64,000 nucleotides of DNA from a virus, in IMG/VR virus record IMGVR_UViG_3300005471_000011, positions 32,001 to 96,000 of that record; one strand, 5' to 3'. The notes below the pieces were generated by a model that saw only the letters and a list, made by a program, of their open reading frames with translations, ran no database searches and was not told where the DNA came from. Both the position numbers and the translations under genes were made by a program. Below, piece after piece: positions 8,856-18,600 of this stretch. Every line of letters starts with the position of its first letter. Within the stretch, counting starts at the first letter, position 1.

Positions 8856-11834
8856 ATGCCGATTCCAAAACCCAACGACGGCGAATCCGAGTCCGACTTC
8901 CACGCACGCTGCATGGAAGCTATCGGCGGAGAATACGAGCCGGACCAAGCCAACGCGATCTGCTTTTCGCAGTATCGCGGCGACAAGCGGTCCGTGATGC
9001 TCTCGATGGTCAAGGGTCGCACGTCGGGCGAGTTCGGCTACGGCATCACCACGGCGGATCGGTATGTGGAGCAGGTGATCAAATCCTGCGGCGTGGAAGC
9101 CTCGCTGTTCAACGGCCCGGCGGCGCAGGTCGCGGCGGCGATGAAGCACGCGGCTGGCATGCTGGCGTTCTGCGGCAAGGACCAGCGCCAGGACAAGATC
9201 GAAACCGGCATGGCGGCGATGCGCAAGTTGATCGGCATGGAGCCGCCGGTGCACTCCATGATGGCAATCGTCCACCGGCTAACGACGCCGCGAGAGGACC
9301 GGGACGGCGACACGCTCCAGACCAAGGGCGCACGTCCCGACCCCAAGATGCCGTTCCTGTGGCAGCATGTGTCCACGATCCCCATCGGCAAGCTGGCGCG
9401 GGTGCTAGAGCACACGGAAGAAGTGCTGAAGATGGCGACCGTGCTCCTGGACTTGAACTCGCTGACATCAGATGTCGGCAAGCTGTTTGAGGCAGAGGCG
9501 CTGCGGTTCAGTCACGGGTTCATCCCGACCAACTTTGAGGAGCGCAAGGGCGGTCCGATGGCACGGTTCAACGTGCTGGAGTTCGATGTGGTCGAGGAGT
9601 CCGCCGTCAGCGTGCCTTCCAATGTGGACGCGGAAGTGGAGCTGTTCAGCCGAGGCAAGCTCTCCAGCGATCTGGTCAAGTCCCACGCGAAGTCGCTGTT
9701 CGACGCGCGTATCAAATCCATGCCAGTAACCGACAAGGCCAAGGCGATTTTCGAGAAGGAATCCAGCGGCAAGGGATTCCCTCGCTGTGAGGTCTGCGGG
9801 CAGATCGCCAAGCTGGAGGGCACCAAGCGATGCAAGGCGTGCCGCAGCGGCAAAAAGGAAACCAGCAACCTCGTCCGCAAGATGTTCGACATCGCGACCC
9901 AGCGAGTCGAACCGACGACGATGGAATGCGACTGGGCGGCGCGGTACATCGGCTGCTCGGTCAAGGACCTGCACATCCATTCCACGTCGGCGCGCGGGAT
10001 TATGGTGGGCGGATTTCTCAAGGGGCTGGAACTGGCATGCCAGGAATTTCAGTGCAGCGACACCCGCAACATCAAAGGCGAATCGGAGTCGCCGCCGGTC
10101 TTTGAAACCAAAGAGATCGACAGCAGCACGCGGCAGAACTTCCTGGTGGAAGGCATCCGATTCTGGCACGGCGAAGGCTATAAGATCGTCACGCGCGTGG
10201 AGCCGTACTGGGATTCCCAGCAGCTCGTCGTTTACGCCGAAGAGGGCGAGCAGGCGCAGAAAATCATCGACGATGCCTGGGAATGGCTGGCCAAGAACAA
10301 CCCGCTCAAGGGGCAGGCGTTCGCGCTGACGGGAAGTTGGATCAGCAAGAGCGGCATTGGCTGGGACGACGTGTTCCTGGAAAAGAAGATCGAGGATTCC
10401 CTCAAACGCACGGTGCGGGTCATCAATGAAAAAGGCATTGACGCTGCCAACCGCGGCCTCATTCTTAGTGGCCCACCGGGTACGGGAAAAACTTTGTCCG
10501 CGCGGGTCATGCTCAACGAGACGAAGAACACCACGTTCATCTGGGTTAGCCCCAAGGACTTTTATCGCGGCGGCGGCTTCATGGAGGCGTTCTCGCTGGC
10601 GCGCCAGCTTGCCCCGACGGTGCTGATGTTCGAGGACATCGACAACTGGATTGACCGGTACTCGGTGGACCTGATCAAAGCGGAGATGGACGGGCTGCAA
10701 GAGTCCACGGGCGTTGTAACGATCCTGACGACCAACTTCCCGGACCAGTTGCCGGCGGCGCTGATCGACCGACCCGGTCGTTTCCATGACGTGCTGGAAA
10801 TCCACTTGCCGTCCAAGGACGTGCGGTTGCGGATGCTCCAGAAGTGGGCTGCGGATGCCACTCTGGACGCTTTGGCGGCGATGGCAGAGGAGACGGAGGG
10901 CTACAGCGGGGCGCACGTGTATGAGTTGTGCAGCTTCGCCAAGGTGCTCAAGGACGAAGACGGCAGCACGCTCGATGAAGCACTGACCAAGGCGTTTGCC
11001 AAGGTTAAGGATCAGCGCGAACTGATCAATCAGAACCAACTTGCCGGCAGCAGCTACCGTCCAAGCCGCCGGGATATCACTGACTTGGTCGCTAAAGGCT
11101 GGACGCGAGAAGAACGAATCACCGAAGGCGGAATTCAATACCGCCTCACAAAAGGAGTGGCGGCAATGGACACCAAGATCGGCGATGTGCTGCCCATGAT
11201 CGGCCCCATCCCACATGAAGGGGAAGCAGCGGCTGATTTCCAGTCGCGCTGCATCCTCGATCCAACAATGCTTGGCAACTACCCGACGGTGTCGGACCGG
11301 GAGAGCGCCTGCCGAATTTTGTTCTCTCGCGGCGACGGCATCTTCGCGGCAGCCAAGCCAACGACCAAGGAAGTCGGCACGTGCAAGGAATGCAGCAAGG
11401 AGATGGAACTCAATCCCCAAGGCTTGTGCGCCGAGTGCGCCAGGAAACGCGACGCCGCCGGCTACGACGAGAGCGGCCAACCGAAGTCGGCACCGGTTCA
11501 GATCAAGGCAGGGCGCGTGCTGTCCAAGCGAAACATCGAGCGGCTCAGCGAAGCGCTCAAGCGGCACCAGGAAGGCATCGAGCGGATCAAGGGCGTGCTG
11601 GACGACGCCAACCCGACCGAAGAAGTCGCACCAACGGAGCCAGGTGCCAATGCACCGCTCGCCGGACCAGATCACGTGATGACCCAGGCGGTGCTGCTGG
11701 TCGCCGAGGACCGCGCCGCGCGGGACAAACTGCGCAAGGCCATCGATGCGTTCGATTTGGCGGACGAAGAGGAGCAGAAATCATCGGATTACGAATCACT
11801 GTTCGAAGAGGCGTTAGTTGCGGAAACGGCTTGA
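8856..11834 (+). CDS. HK97-type prohead protease fused to AAA+ ATPase and Zn-finger motifs
   Basis: Protease: DRDGD, FLWQH..IPIGK, FSHGF, EESAVSVPSN. ATPase: GPPGTGKT, LMFEDID, LTTN, DRPGRF, GYSGA. Two CxxC..CxxC pairs. Immediately upstream of the capsid gene. Confidence 0.85.
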   Translation: MPIPKPNDGESESDFHARCMEAIGGEYEPDQANAICFSQYRGDKRSVMLSMVKGRTSGEFGYGITTADRYVEQVIKSCGVEASLFNGPAAQVAAAMKHAAGMLAFCGKDQRQDKIETGMAAMRKLIGMEPPVHSMMAIVHRLTTPREDRDGDTLQTKGARPDPKMPFLWQHVSTIPIGKLARVLEHTEEVLKMATVLLDLNSLTSDVGKLFEAEALRFSHGFIPTNFEERKGGPMARFNVLEFDVVEESAVSVPSNVDAEVELFSRGKLSSDLVKSHAKSLFDARIKSMPVTDKAKAIFEKESSGKGFPRCEVCGQIAKLEGTKRCKACRSGKKETSNLVRKMFDIATQRVEPTTMECDWAARYIGCSVKDLHIHSTSARGIMVGGFLKGLELACQEFQCSDTRNIKGESESPPVFETKEIDSSTRQNFLVEGIRFWHGEGYKIVTRVEPYWDSQQLVVYAEEGEQAQKIIDDAWEWLAKNNPLKGQAFALTGSWISKSGIGWDDVFLEKKIEDSLKRTVRVINEKGIDAANRGLILSGPPGTGKTLSARVMLNETKNTTFIWVSPKDFYRGGGFMEAFSLARQLAPTVLMFEDIDNWIDRYSVDLIKAEMDGLQESTGVVTILTTNFPDQLPAALIDRPGRFHDVLEIHLPSKDVRLRMLQKWAADATLDALAAMAEETEGYSGAHVYELCSFAKVLKDEDGSTLDEALTKAFAKVKDQRELINQNQLAGSSYRPSRRDITDLVAKGWTREERITEGGIQYRLTKGVAAMDTKIGDVLPMIGPIPHEGEAAADFQSRCILDPTMLGNYPTVSDRESACRILFSRGDGIFAAAKPTTKEVGTCKECSKEMELNPQGLCAECARKRDAAGYDESGQPKSAPVQIKAGRVLSKRNIERLSEALKRHQEGIERIKGVLDDANPTEEVAPTEPGANAPLAGPDHVMTQAVLLVAEDRAARDKLRKAIDAFDLADEEEQKSSDYESLFEEALVAETA

Positions 11835-11900
11835 CGCCGCCCGCAGTGTTCCATAGACGGGCCGCTGCTGCGGCGATAGAACTGTAACCTTCCTAGGAGA

Positions 11901-13535
11901 ATGATCATGAAAGTCACGAGCCAATTGAAGGCGTGGCTCCAGAGCGAAAAAGGCGTCAAGCCGGACGCGACGGAGCAGGACTACCGACAGGCCGCCGCCA
12001 AGGCGCTGACGGATGACACCAACCCGCTGTCTGCGGAGAAGTTTGCGGAGCTGACGGCAGGGGAGGCAGTAAAGCCCGCCAACGCCATGCTGGCGATGAT
12101 GGAGAAGATGAACGCCCGGCTGGACGAGCAAGATGCTCGTTTCAAGAGCATAGAGACAGGTGGTCACCGCGCGGAAGCACCGATCGTTCCAGCCGGCTTG
12201 AAAGCGGCGATCATGGGCGGTGCCAGCGAGATCCCCGACGCCAGCGGTCAGCCGCGCATCAAGCGAGCGGCGGAGCGCTACAACAAGGCGCGCGGCGAGC
12301 TGCGATTCCCGGAGCCGGAGATCAAGAACGAGCGGTATGCCCTGCATCCCCGCAAGGGCCAGCTCGCCAGCTACGGCTCCGCCGGTCGCCATTGCGGCGA
12401 GTTTCAGGTCGGGCAACTTTCCGAGCTGGAGAAGGCTTGCTGCGGCTCATTCATCAAGTTCAGCATCCACAAGGCAGCCAACGGCTTTGGTCCGCCGGTG
12501 CCGCACAACCTGCGCATGAACGATCAAGACTGGGACTTGGTCCAGTACATGATCGAGGAGTGCGAGTGGGGCGGTGTGCTCCACGGGGAAGGCAGCGACT
12601 TCGAAGGCGCGGTCGGCTTGAACGGCAAGCAGCGCCTGATCAAGGGCGCGCAGTTCAACATGCAGAAGGCGCTGCTGGACGATAACACGTCCGGCGGTCT
12701 GGAAGCGGCGCCGATCTTCTTCGACGAGATGCTGATCACCACGCCGCTGCTTCACGGGGAATTGTTCCCGTCGGTGGAAGTTATCAACGTCACGCGCGGG
12801 CGGCGCATCGAGGGCGTCACGATGTCCAACGTGACCCTCGGCGCGGCGACGGAAGGTTCCACGATCACTCTGTTCAACACCGCAGCTTTCATTGCGGCGT
12901 TCGACACGACGATCTTCGTGTGCATGGGTGCCATCGAAATCGGTCTGGACTTCCTGTCCGACTCTCCGATTGACATTGCCGGCGCGGTGGCCAAGAGCTA
13001 CCAGGAGCGGCTGCTGTCCTGGCTGGACGAGCAGATCGCCATCGGCGACGGCACCACGGAGCCGGAAGGTTTGCTTAACAGCGGTGCCACGTCCGTCGGT
13101 TCCACCAACACGTCGGCAGGTCCTTGGACGATTGGCGATGAGTTGGCGCTGATGTTCGCCGTGGCCAAGCAGTATCAAACTGGCTTTGACCGCTCGCGTA
13201 TCCGCTACAGCGGCAACGAAGTGACGTACCGCCGGCTGCGGTCGATCCAGGTGACGACCTCGGATCAGCGACTCGTCCAGGGCATGGACGTGCGGTCGTA
13301 CATGATCCTGGACCAGCCTTACGCCGTGAACGGCAACTGGACCAACCGCCAGCTTGCCTACGCGAATCTGGCTCGTTACCGGATGTATCGCCGCCTTGGC
13401 ATGACCGTCCGCTGGGAAACCGCCGGCGCCACACTGGGTCGCAGCAACACCGGTTTGCTGATTGCCCGCTCGCGTTGGGGTGGGCAGTTGACGGACGCGC
13501 TGGCCGCTTCTCTTTGCACCGACGGCATGTCGTAA
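11901..13535 (+). CDS. Major capsid protein (HK97 fold) with long N-terminal scaffold-like extension
   Basis: AGGAG RBS; SGGLEAAP, EGSTI, FLSDSPIDI, DEQIAIGDGTTEPEGLL, RWGG; position after the protease. Confidence 0.85.
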   Translation: MIMKVTSQLKAWLQSEKGVKPDATEQDYRQAAAKALTDDTNPLSAEKFAELTAGEAVKPANAMLAMMEKMNARLDEQDARFKSIETGGHRAEAPIVPAGLKAAIMGGASEIPDASGQPRIKRAAERYNKARGELRFPEPEIKNERYALHPRKGQLASYGSAGRHCGEFQVGQLSELEKACCGSFIKFSIHKAANGFGPPVPHNLRMNDQDWDLVQYMIEECEWGGVLHGEGSDFEGAVGLNGKQRLIKGAQFNMQKALLDDNTSGGLEAAPIFFDEMLITTPLLHGELFPSVEVINVTRGRRIEGVTMSNVTLGAATEGSTITLFNTAAFIAAFDTTIFVCMGAIEIGLDFLSDSPIDIAGAVAKSYQERLLSWLDEQIAIGDGTTEPEGLLNSGATSVGSTNTSAGPWTIGDELALMFAVAKQYQTGFDRSRIRYSGNEVTYRRLRSIQVTTSDQRLVQGMDVRSYMILDQPYAVNGNWTNRQLAYANLARYRMYRRLGMTVRWETAGATLGRSNTGLLIARSRWGGQLTDALAASLCTDGMS

Positions 13536-13619
13536 TGATGCCGTGACAAACCATCGAGCCTGTCAGCAGGAACGCTGGCAGGCCGATTTCCCGCGTGTTT
13601 CATTTCTTAGGAGCCTCAC

Positions 13620-14306
13620 ATGAGCAACGAAGGTCAAGGGTCGAGTCAGCCTCCGCCTGAGCAGAAGAACCAGCCGCAGCGCGCGCGCTGGCCGGATGTG
13701 CTCACGGTGGAGTTTGGCAACGATCACCAGACGGTCCAGGTGGTCATCAACAGCAAGCCCATCGACGGTCCCGTTCGTGGGTCGTTCAACAAGGGGCGCA
13801 TGGGCAGCCGCAAGCACCGCGCCAGCTCCTCCAACAACGCCTACGAGGAGGGAACGCTGCTGGGCATGCGCACGCTTTCCGACGCTACAAACCGAATCCC
13901 TGACATGCCAGGAATAAGGCTGGTACTGGACTGCCAGCGACGCACGGCGATCCTGTTTGATCCCTGCGAGCCGGGCGGGGACGGGGAAGCGGCGATGAAA
14001 GCCTACAACGTATTCGCGGAGTCCAAGCAGTTCCCAGGCTTCGACGTAGCGGCACCCGTTCGCCGCCGGGAATACAAGAAGCTGGAGGACGACCAGATGA
14101 AGTCCATCCTGGTCGAGCTTCGCAACAAGCTGGATGGCGGCATGCTGAGCGTCGTCAGCGGAGATCTTCCGAGCATGGAAGCCATCGACAAGATGGCGGG
14201 GCGAGAGATTTACGACCCGTGGAACACCGATGGTCCCAAGCCCAAGTACAAGGATGAGCTAGGCAAGTGGCGTGAAAGCCGCGAGCGACTGGCCTCGCAG
14301 TTCTAA
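13620..14306 (+). CDS. Hypothetical protein
   Basis: AGGAG RBS; 228-aa ORF. Confidence 0.65.
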   Translation: MSNEGQGSSQPPPEQKNQPQRARWPDVLTVEFGNDHQTVQVVINSKPIDGPVRGSFNKGRMGSRKHRASSSNNAYEEGTLLGMRTLSDATNRIPDMPGIRLVLDCQRRTAILFDPCEPGGDGEAAMKAYNVFAESKQFPGFDVAAPVRRREYKKLEDDQMKSILVELRNKLDGGMLSVVSGDLPSMEAIDKMAGREIYDPWNTDGPKPKYKDELGKWRESRERLASQF

Positions 14307-14360
14307 ATCATTTGAGCCAGCACGGCTGTGGGATGAGGCTCCTCCGGCCTTGCAGCGGGA

Positions 14361-14408
14361 CCGAGCAAGCCGGGCCAGTAACCCTGGACCCGGCTGCTCG
14401 GCTTTTTT
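14361..14408 (+). terminator. Rho-independent terminator
   Basis: CCGAGC-AAGCCGGG-CCAG...CTGG-ACCCGGCT-GCTCGG stem followed by TTTTTT. Confidence 0.6.
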
Positions 14409-14420
14409 GGAGTGTAAACC

Positions 14421-14582
14421 ATGCCGGGGACGCAAGACAAGGCGCAGCGGCCGGCGGAGCAGGCAGGGAAGTGCCAGCATTGCTCCGGCACCGGGACGAC
14501 GAAGAAGGCAAACGGCGCAAAGGTCGCGTGCATGCACTGCCGAGGAACGGGCAGCGCGGCGCGCGGCTATGTGACCAAGTAA
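14421..14582 (+). CDS. Small protein with two DnaJ-type CxxCxGxG zinc-finger motifs (not in ORF track)
   Basis: GGAG RBS; 53 aa with CQHCSGTG and CMHCRGTG. Confidence 0.65.
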   Translation: MPGTQDKAQRPAEQAGKCQHCSGTGTTKKANGAKVACMHCRGTGSAARGYVTK

Positions 14583-14613
14583 AGTTCGGGGCATTCATGG
14601 ACGCAATCAGGCG

Positions 14614-14901
14614 ATGGACGGCGACCCGTTGCATTCTGAACAGCTAATGCGGCTGACCATCGCGGTTGAAAAACTCGCGAGCGAGGTCGCCAACCAGACC
14701 AGGGTGATTAATGATTCAACCCAAAAAATAGCCGAGATTGAGGAGCGGATTGCCGGCGAGAACGGCATATCAACCAGGTTGGCCGTTGGCGAGGATCGCT
14801 TGAAGCGGCTCAGCACGACGGTGTACGGGACGATTGCTGTGGTCGGGACGGAGTTCATTGGTTTCGTGTTCATTATCCTCGAAAGACTGCTCAAGCGATG
14901 A
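14614..14901 (+). CDS. Coiled-coil protein with C-terminal transmembrane helix (holin-like position and shape)
   Basis: Heptad-like N-part; hydrophobic VYGTIAVVGTEFIGFVFIIL. Confidence 0.55.
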   Translation: MDGDPLHSEQLMRLTIAVEKLASEVANQTRVINDSTQKIAEIEERIAGENGISTRLAVGEDRLKRLSTTVYGTIAVVGTEFIGFVFIILERLLKR

Positions 14902-15401
14902 CGATGTCTGAAAGCATTAACACAGACTCCGTCGCTTCCGTCATCGAGGAACTGAAGGGAATCAGGGCAGCGCTGCGAGGCGAGCGCAAGATCGGCGCCC
15001 TGCCCATCATGCTTCAGGATGTGCTGTCGAGCGTGCCGCTGCTGATCGTCGATATGGATAGCGGCAAAATCCTGTACGCGACGGAAGAAGCGGATGATCT
15101 GTTCGGCTACATCCCAGGCGAGTTAGCCGGCAAAGACTTGCACGTTTTGATCCCCAAGGAACTCCGGGATCGGCATCGTGAACATCTTCAGAAATACCGC
15201 GAGTGGCCTCGCAAACGCCGGATGGGGATATTCGGGATGGATTTAATGGGACTGCACCGGGATGGCCATACGTTTCATTTGGCGATTGGGCTCGTGCCGC
15301 GCGTCGTGGATGAGCAACGCATCGTCATCGCAACGATCTTCGACGCGGATACTTCCGTGGAACCATCGCTGCATTACGACGCGGGAGGGTTGAAGCATTG
15401 A
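14898..15401 (+). CDS. Stand-alone PAS domain protein
   Basis: ADDLFGY..GELAGKDLHVLIP..LRDRH...Y....R.MG...LMGLHRDGHTF..AIGL. Confidence 0.8.
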   Translation: MTMSESINTDSVASVIEELKGIRAALRGERKIGALPIMLQDVLSSVPLLIVDMDSGKILYATEEADDLFGYIPGELAGKDLHVLIPKELRDRHREHLQKYREWPRKRRMGIFGMDLMGLHRDGHTFHLAIGLVPRVVDEQRIVIATIFDADTSVEPSLHYDAGGLKH

Positions 15402-15595
15402 ACCCGCAGTCCAATCAATTTGTGGTGGCAGTGTTAATCGGGTTGGCGCTGGTCTCGCCTTGGTTCGGCGTCATAACAGTGTGGGTCTTGGTCAACGGGT
15501 TGTCGAAACGGTTCGATTATTTCCAGGGCTATTGGGAGAGCAGGCTGGCGAAGCGAGACAGCACAGTCAAGGATGCGCAGGTAGCTCAGAAGTGA
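15398..15595 (+). CDS. Small membrane protein
   Basis: One long hydrophobic segment; start overlaps the PAS gene stop. Confidence 0.45.
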   Translation: MNPQSNQFVVAVLIGLALVSPWFGVITVWVLVNGLSKRFDYFQGYWESRLAKRDSTVKDAQVAQK

Positions 15596-15631
15596 GATTG
15601 CCGATGCGCAGAGCGATGACAAGAGCGACTC

Positions 15632-18600
15632 ATGCGGACAAAGCGAAAACTCATCTTCGTGCCGGCGGCAGCGGAAGGGCCTAGTAATTTCCCGTCTGGA
15701 GCTATTGGCATTTTTCTCTTAGGCGGTGGCAGCGGCGACACGATTCCTAATCTCGTCTCTGGTATATCTGACCTGACGCTCGTCGGCTCGGAAGACCCGC
15801 CCGACGACGCTTCGAATCCGCCAGGCAATCACGATGCCATAAGATTCGATGGCAAGTTGACGCTCAACTCCGGCATCGGACCAACCTACACGCATACCTT
15901 CCCGCTCGACTACACGAAGGGCACCTACGCGGTCAGCGAGCCATTTCCCAATACGTTCGGGAGTGGCGGGACGTGGGGAGTTAGGTTCCGCTCAGCGCCG
16001 TGGGTGTTTTACGGAGAAGGAGAGTACCTCCCGATGGCAAGTGCCGGACAGATGGGCATTTGCACTTTCCGGCCTTACGACATGGCTACCGAGAGTGAGC
16101 TGTACCCCAACATCGAGGACGGCGCGCGGTATCTTAGATTCATCCGGTATGATCCTACCCCCGGCCAGCTCTTTATGGTTGCTGGAGAGGGCAACCCGGA
16201 ACTCGGCCCGAACTCAGACAGGATCGACGCGGTTGACGCCTATCCTGACTACGGCATGAGCGACATGGACGTTGACCATATCGCTATCGTCTCGTTCACG
16301 CCTGAGTACGTAAAGCTTTACGTTGACAATGTGCTGGTTGGCACGACTACTCGTCAGACAGAGAACTACGAAACTGACTATTTAACGATCCAGCTTGGCC
16401 TTCACAACCTGATTCATTCTTCGGAGCGATGCTACTTCGACGGCGAGTTGAACTGGCTTGCCGTCTATGACAGAACGCTGACGGGCGATGCGACAAACGA
16501 AGGGGAAAACCCGACCGGAGAAATCAACGCTCTGTATGAGGCGATGGCCGCTGAGCCGGGCACGTATCCGACTTACGAGTCCATCGTCCTCCCGCACGAC
16601 ACGATTCCCAATCTAGCCGTCTCGGCTGACACCAAGGCCATAAGCAGCGGGCCGTGGTCTAGTTCTGCTACTTGGGATAACGGGCTGCCGGCTGCTGGCG
16701 ACACTTGGGGAATCTGCGCTGGGATCGTCGTTGACTATGACATGGGCAACGACACGACTCGCTATCGGGCGGGCGGTATCGCTCCCACAGGACGGTTGAG
16801 GTTTCCGCGAGACGCAGACAGCCAACTCTGGATTCAGCACCTGATGGAGTATTGGGACGAGGATAGCGGCAAGCTCGGCTGGCTGGACATGGGCACGGAG
16901 ACGAATCCCATCCAAGCAGCATTCACCTGCGAGACCATTATTCTCAATGAACCGCTGGAAACAGGAACAGCAGCGTCTCCCGGTGTTGACCCCAAGCAGT
17001 ACGGCAACGGTTTGATTTCTCTTGGCAAGTGGACGGCGAAAGGTAAGGAACGCACGCGGCTGCTGCGACTGGGTGCCGAGCCGCAGGCGACGGATACGAC
17101 GCTCACTCTCTCGGCGACTCCGACCGGCTGGGAGGACGGCGACGATCTTCTCATACCCGACAGCCGCCAGCTTGATTCCAGCACCTATCTAGGAAACTAT
17201 GCCTCACATTGGGAGATTCGGCAGCAGGCCAGTCGCAGCGGGACGGTGGTGACGCTTGACTCCGCTTTGAGCTACGACCATCCAGGCGGTGAGTCCAACT
17301 ACAGCGTCGGGCAAGGGACCGGTGAGGCGGACTTTCTGCCGCACGTCGCGAATCTGACGAGCAACGTCATTGTGCGGTCGGAGGACGGGACCGGAACTCG
17401 TGGGCATATCTTCGTGACGCATCGGGCACATCTTGATATCTGCGACATCCGAATCTCGCAGATGGGCCGGACGGCTAATGGGCCGGCGTCCAGCGGCACA
17501 CAGGGATTAAACAACACGATCCTCGGCAAGACTGTAACTGGGGCGACGAACGCCAGCCCAATCGTCGTCACGGTCTCCGACGACTTCACCGAACTGCGGA
17601 ACCTGCTCCACAATGGTGATGAGGTCTATATCTCTGGCGTCGGTGGCAACACGGCAGCCAACGGCACGTTCACTATCGCCAACGTAACGCTGGGGCTGTT
17701 CGTATATACGTTCGAGCTTGTCGGAACGACTGGGAACGGCGCATACACCAGCGGTGGAACTGTCAACCACATCGGCACGAATCAGATCGGCCGGTATGCC
17801 TTCCACGCTCACCACTTGTATGGACCCGTGAACGGCGTCGGTGACTTCTCGACCGAGACCGCTGACTTGGTATTGGAGGCGACAACAGCCACTGGCGACT
17901 CTATCTTGGCGGCCACCGGATCAGCGGGACCTGACCCAATCGACCTGACAGGCGTCCAGCGTCAGGGAAGGATCGAGCGGGTAGTGATCGACGATCCGTT
18001 GCCGGCCCCGCCTTCGGCCACGCTGCCGGCGTCGAAGTGGGGCATGACAGTCCACGGTACGGGCTACCTGGAAATCAAGGACTGCGTTGTTTTGCACTAT
18101 GCCGGTTCTGGAGGTGCCATTGAGGATGGCAGCGAGAAGCACAATGCATTCATCCGCGTCGCCAACTTTAGCTGCATTGGAGACGTGAGCGCCCGCGAGA
18201 CGGACGGTCGCTCCGGCACCGGCATCTTTGGCATCGGCTTCAACAACTTCTTCATCGACTGCGTGTCCGCCGGCTGCGCTGGCAAGTACAGCGGCATCGT
18301 CTCTGGTTCGGGCTATCTGCTCTTTGTTCCCCCGTCTTCTACAGCCAACACGCGCCAGCCGCTGTATCCGGGTGCGGACGTCCACGACGGCACGGAGGGC
18401 GTGGATTACGAGTTGGTCAACATCTTGGAACAGCCAATCGCTGCGTTCTATCGCAATGAGGCATACGGTGCCATCGCCGCAGCTATTGACATCTGGCACC
18501 TCGGCAGCGGTGGGTACAGCACGGTGGACGTGACGCCTACCGTGCTGCTGGAGTGCGTGAGTTGGCACGCCTGGGAAGAGGGTCTAGCGTTCCTCTACCC

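Noticed and set aside
9468-11675. 735-aa - strand ORF
   Set aside because: Antisense to the protease-AAA gene, which has clear motifs; typical high-GC shadow ORF.
8856-11834. Intein as explanation for the long protease (also checked dnaB)
   Set aside because: No intein terminal motifs (C/S start with HN-C/S/T end) or LAGLIDADG blocks seen; the insert has AAA+ motifs, and dnaB is normal length.
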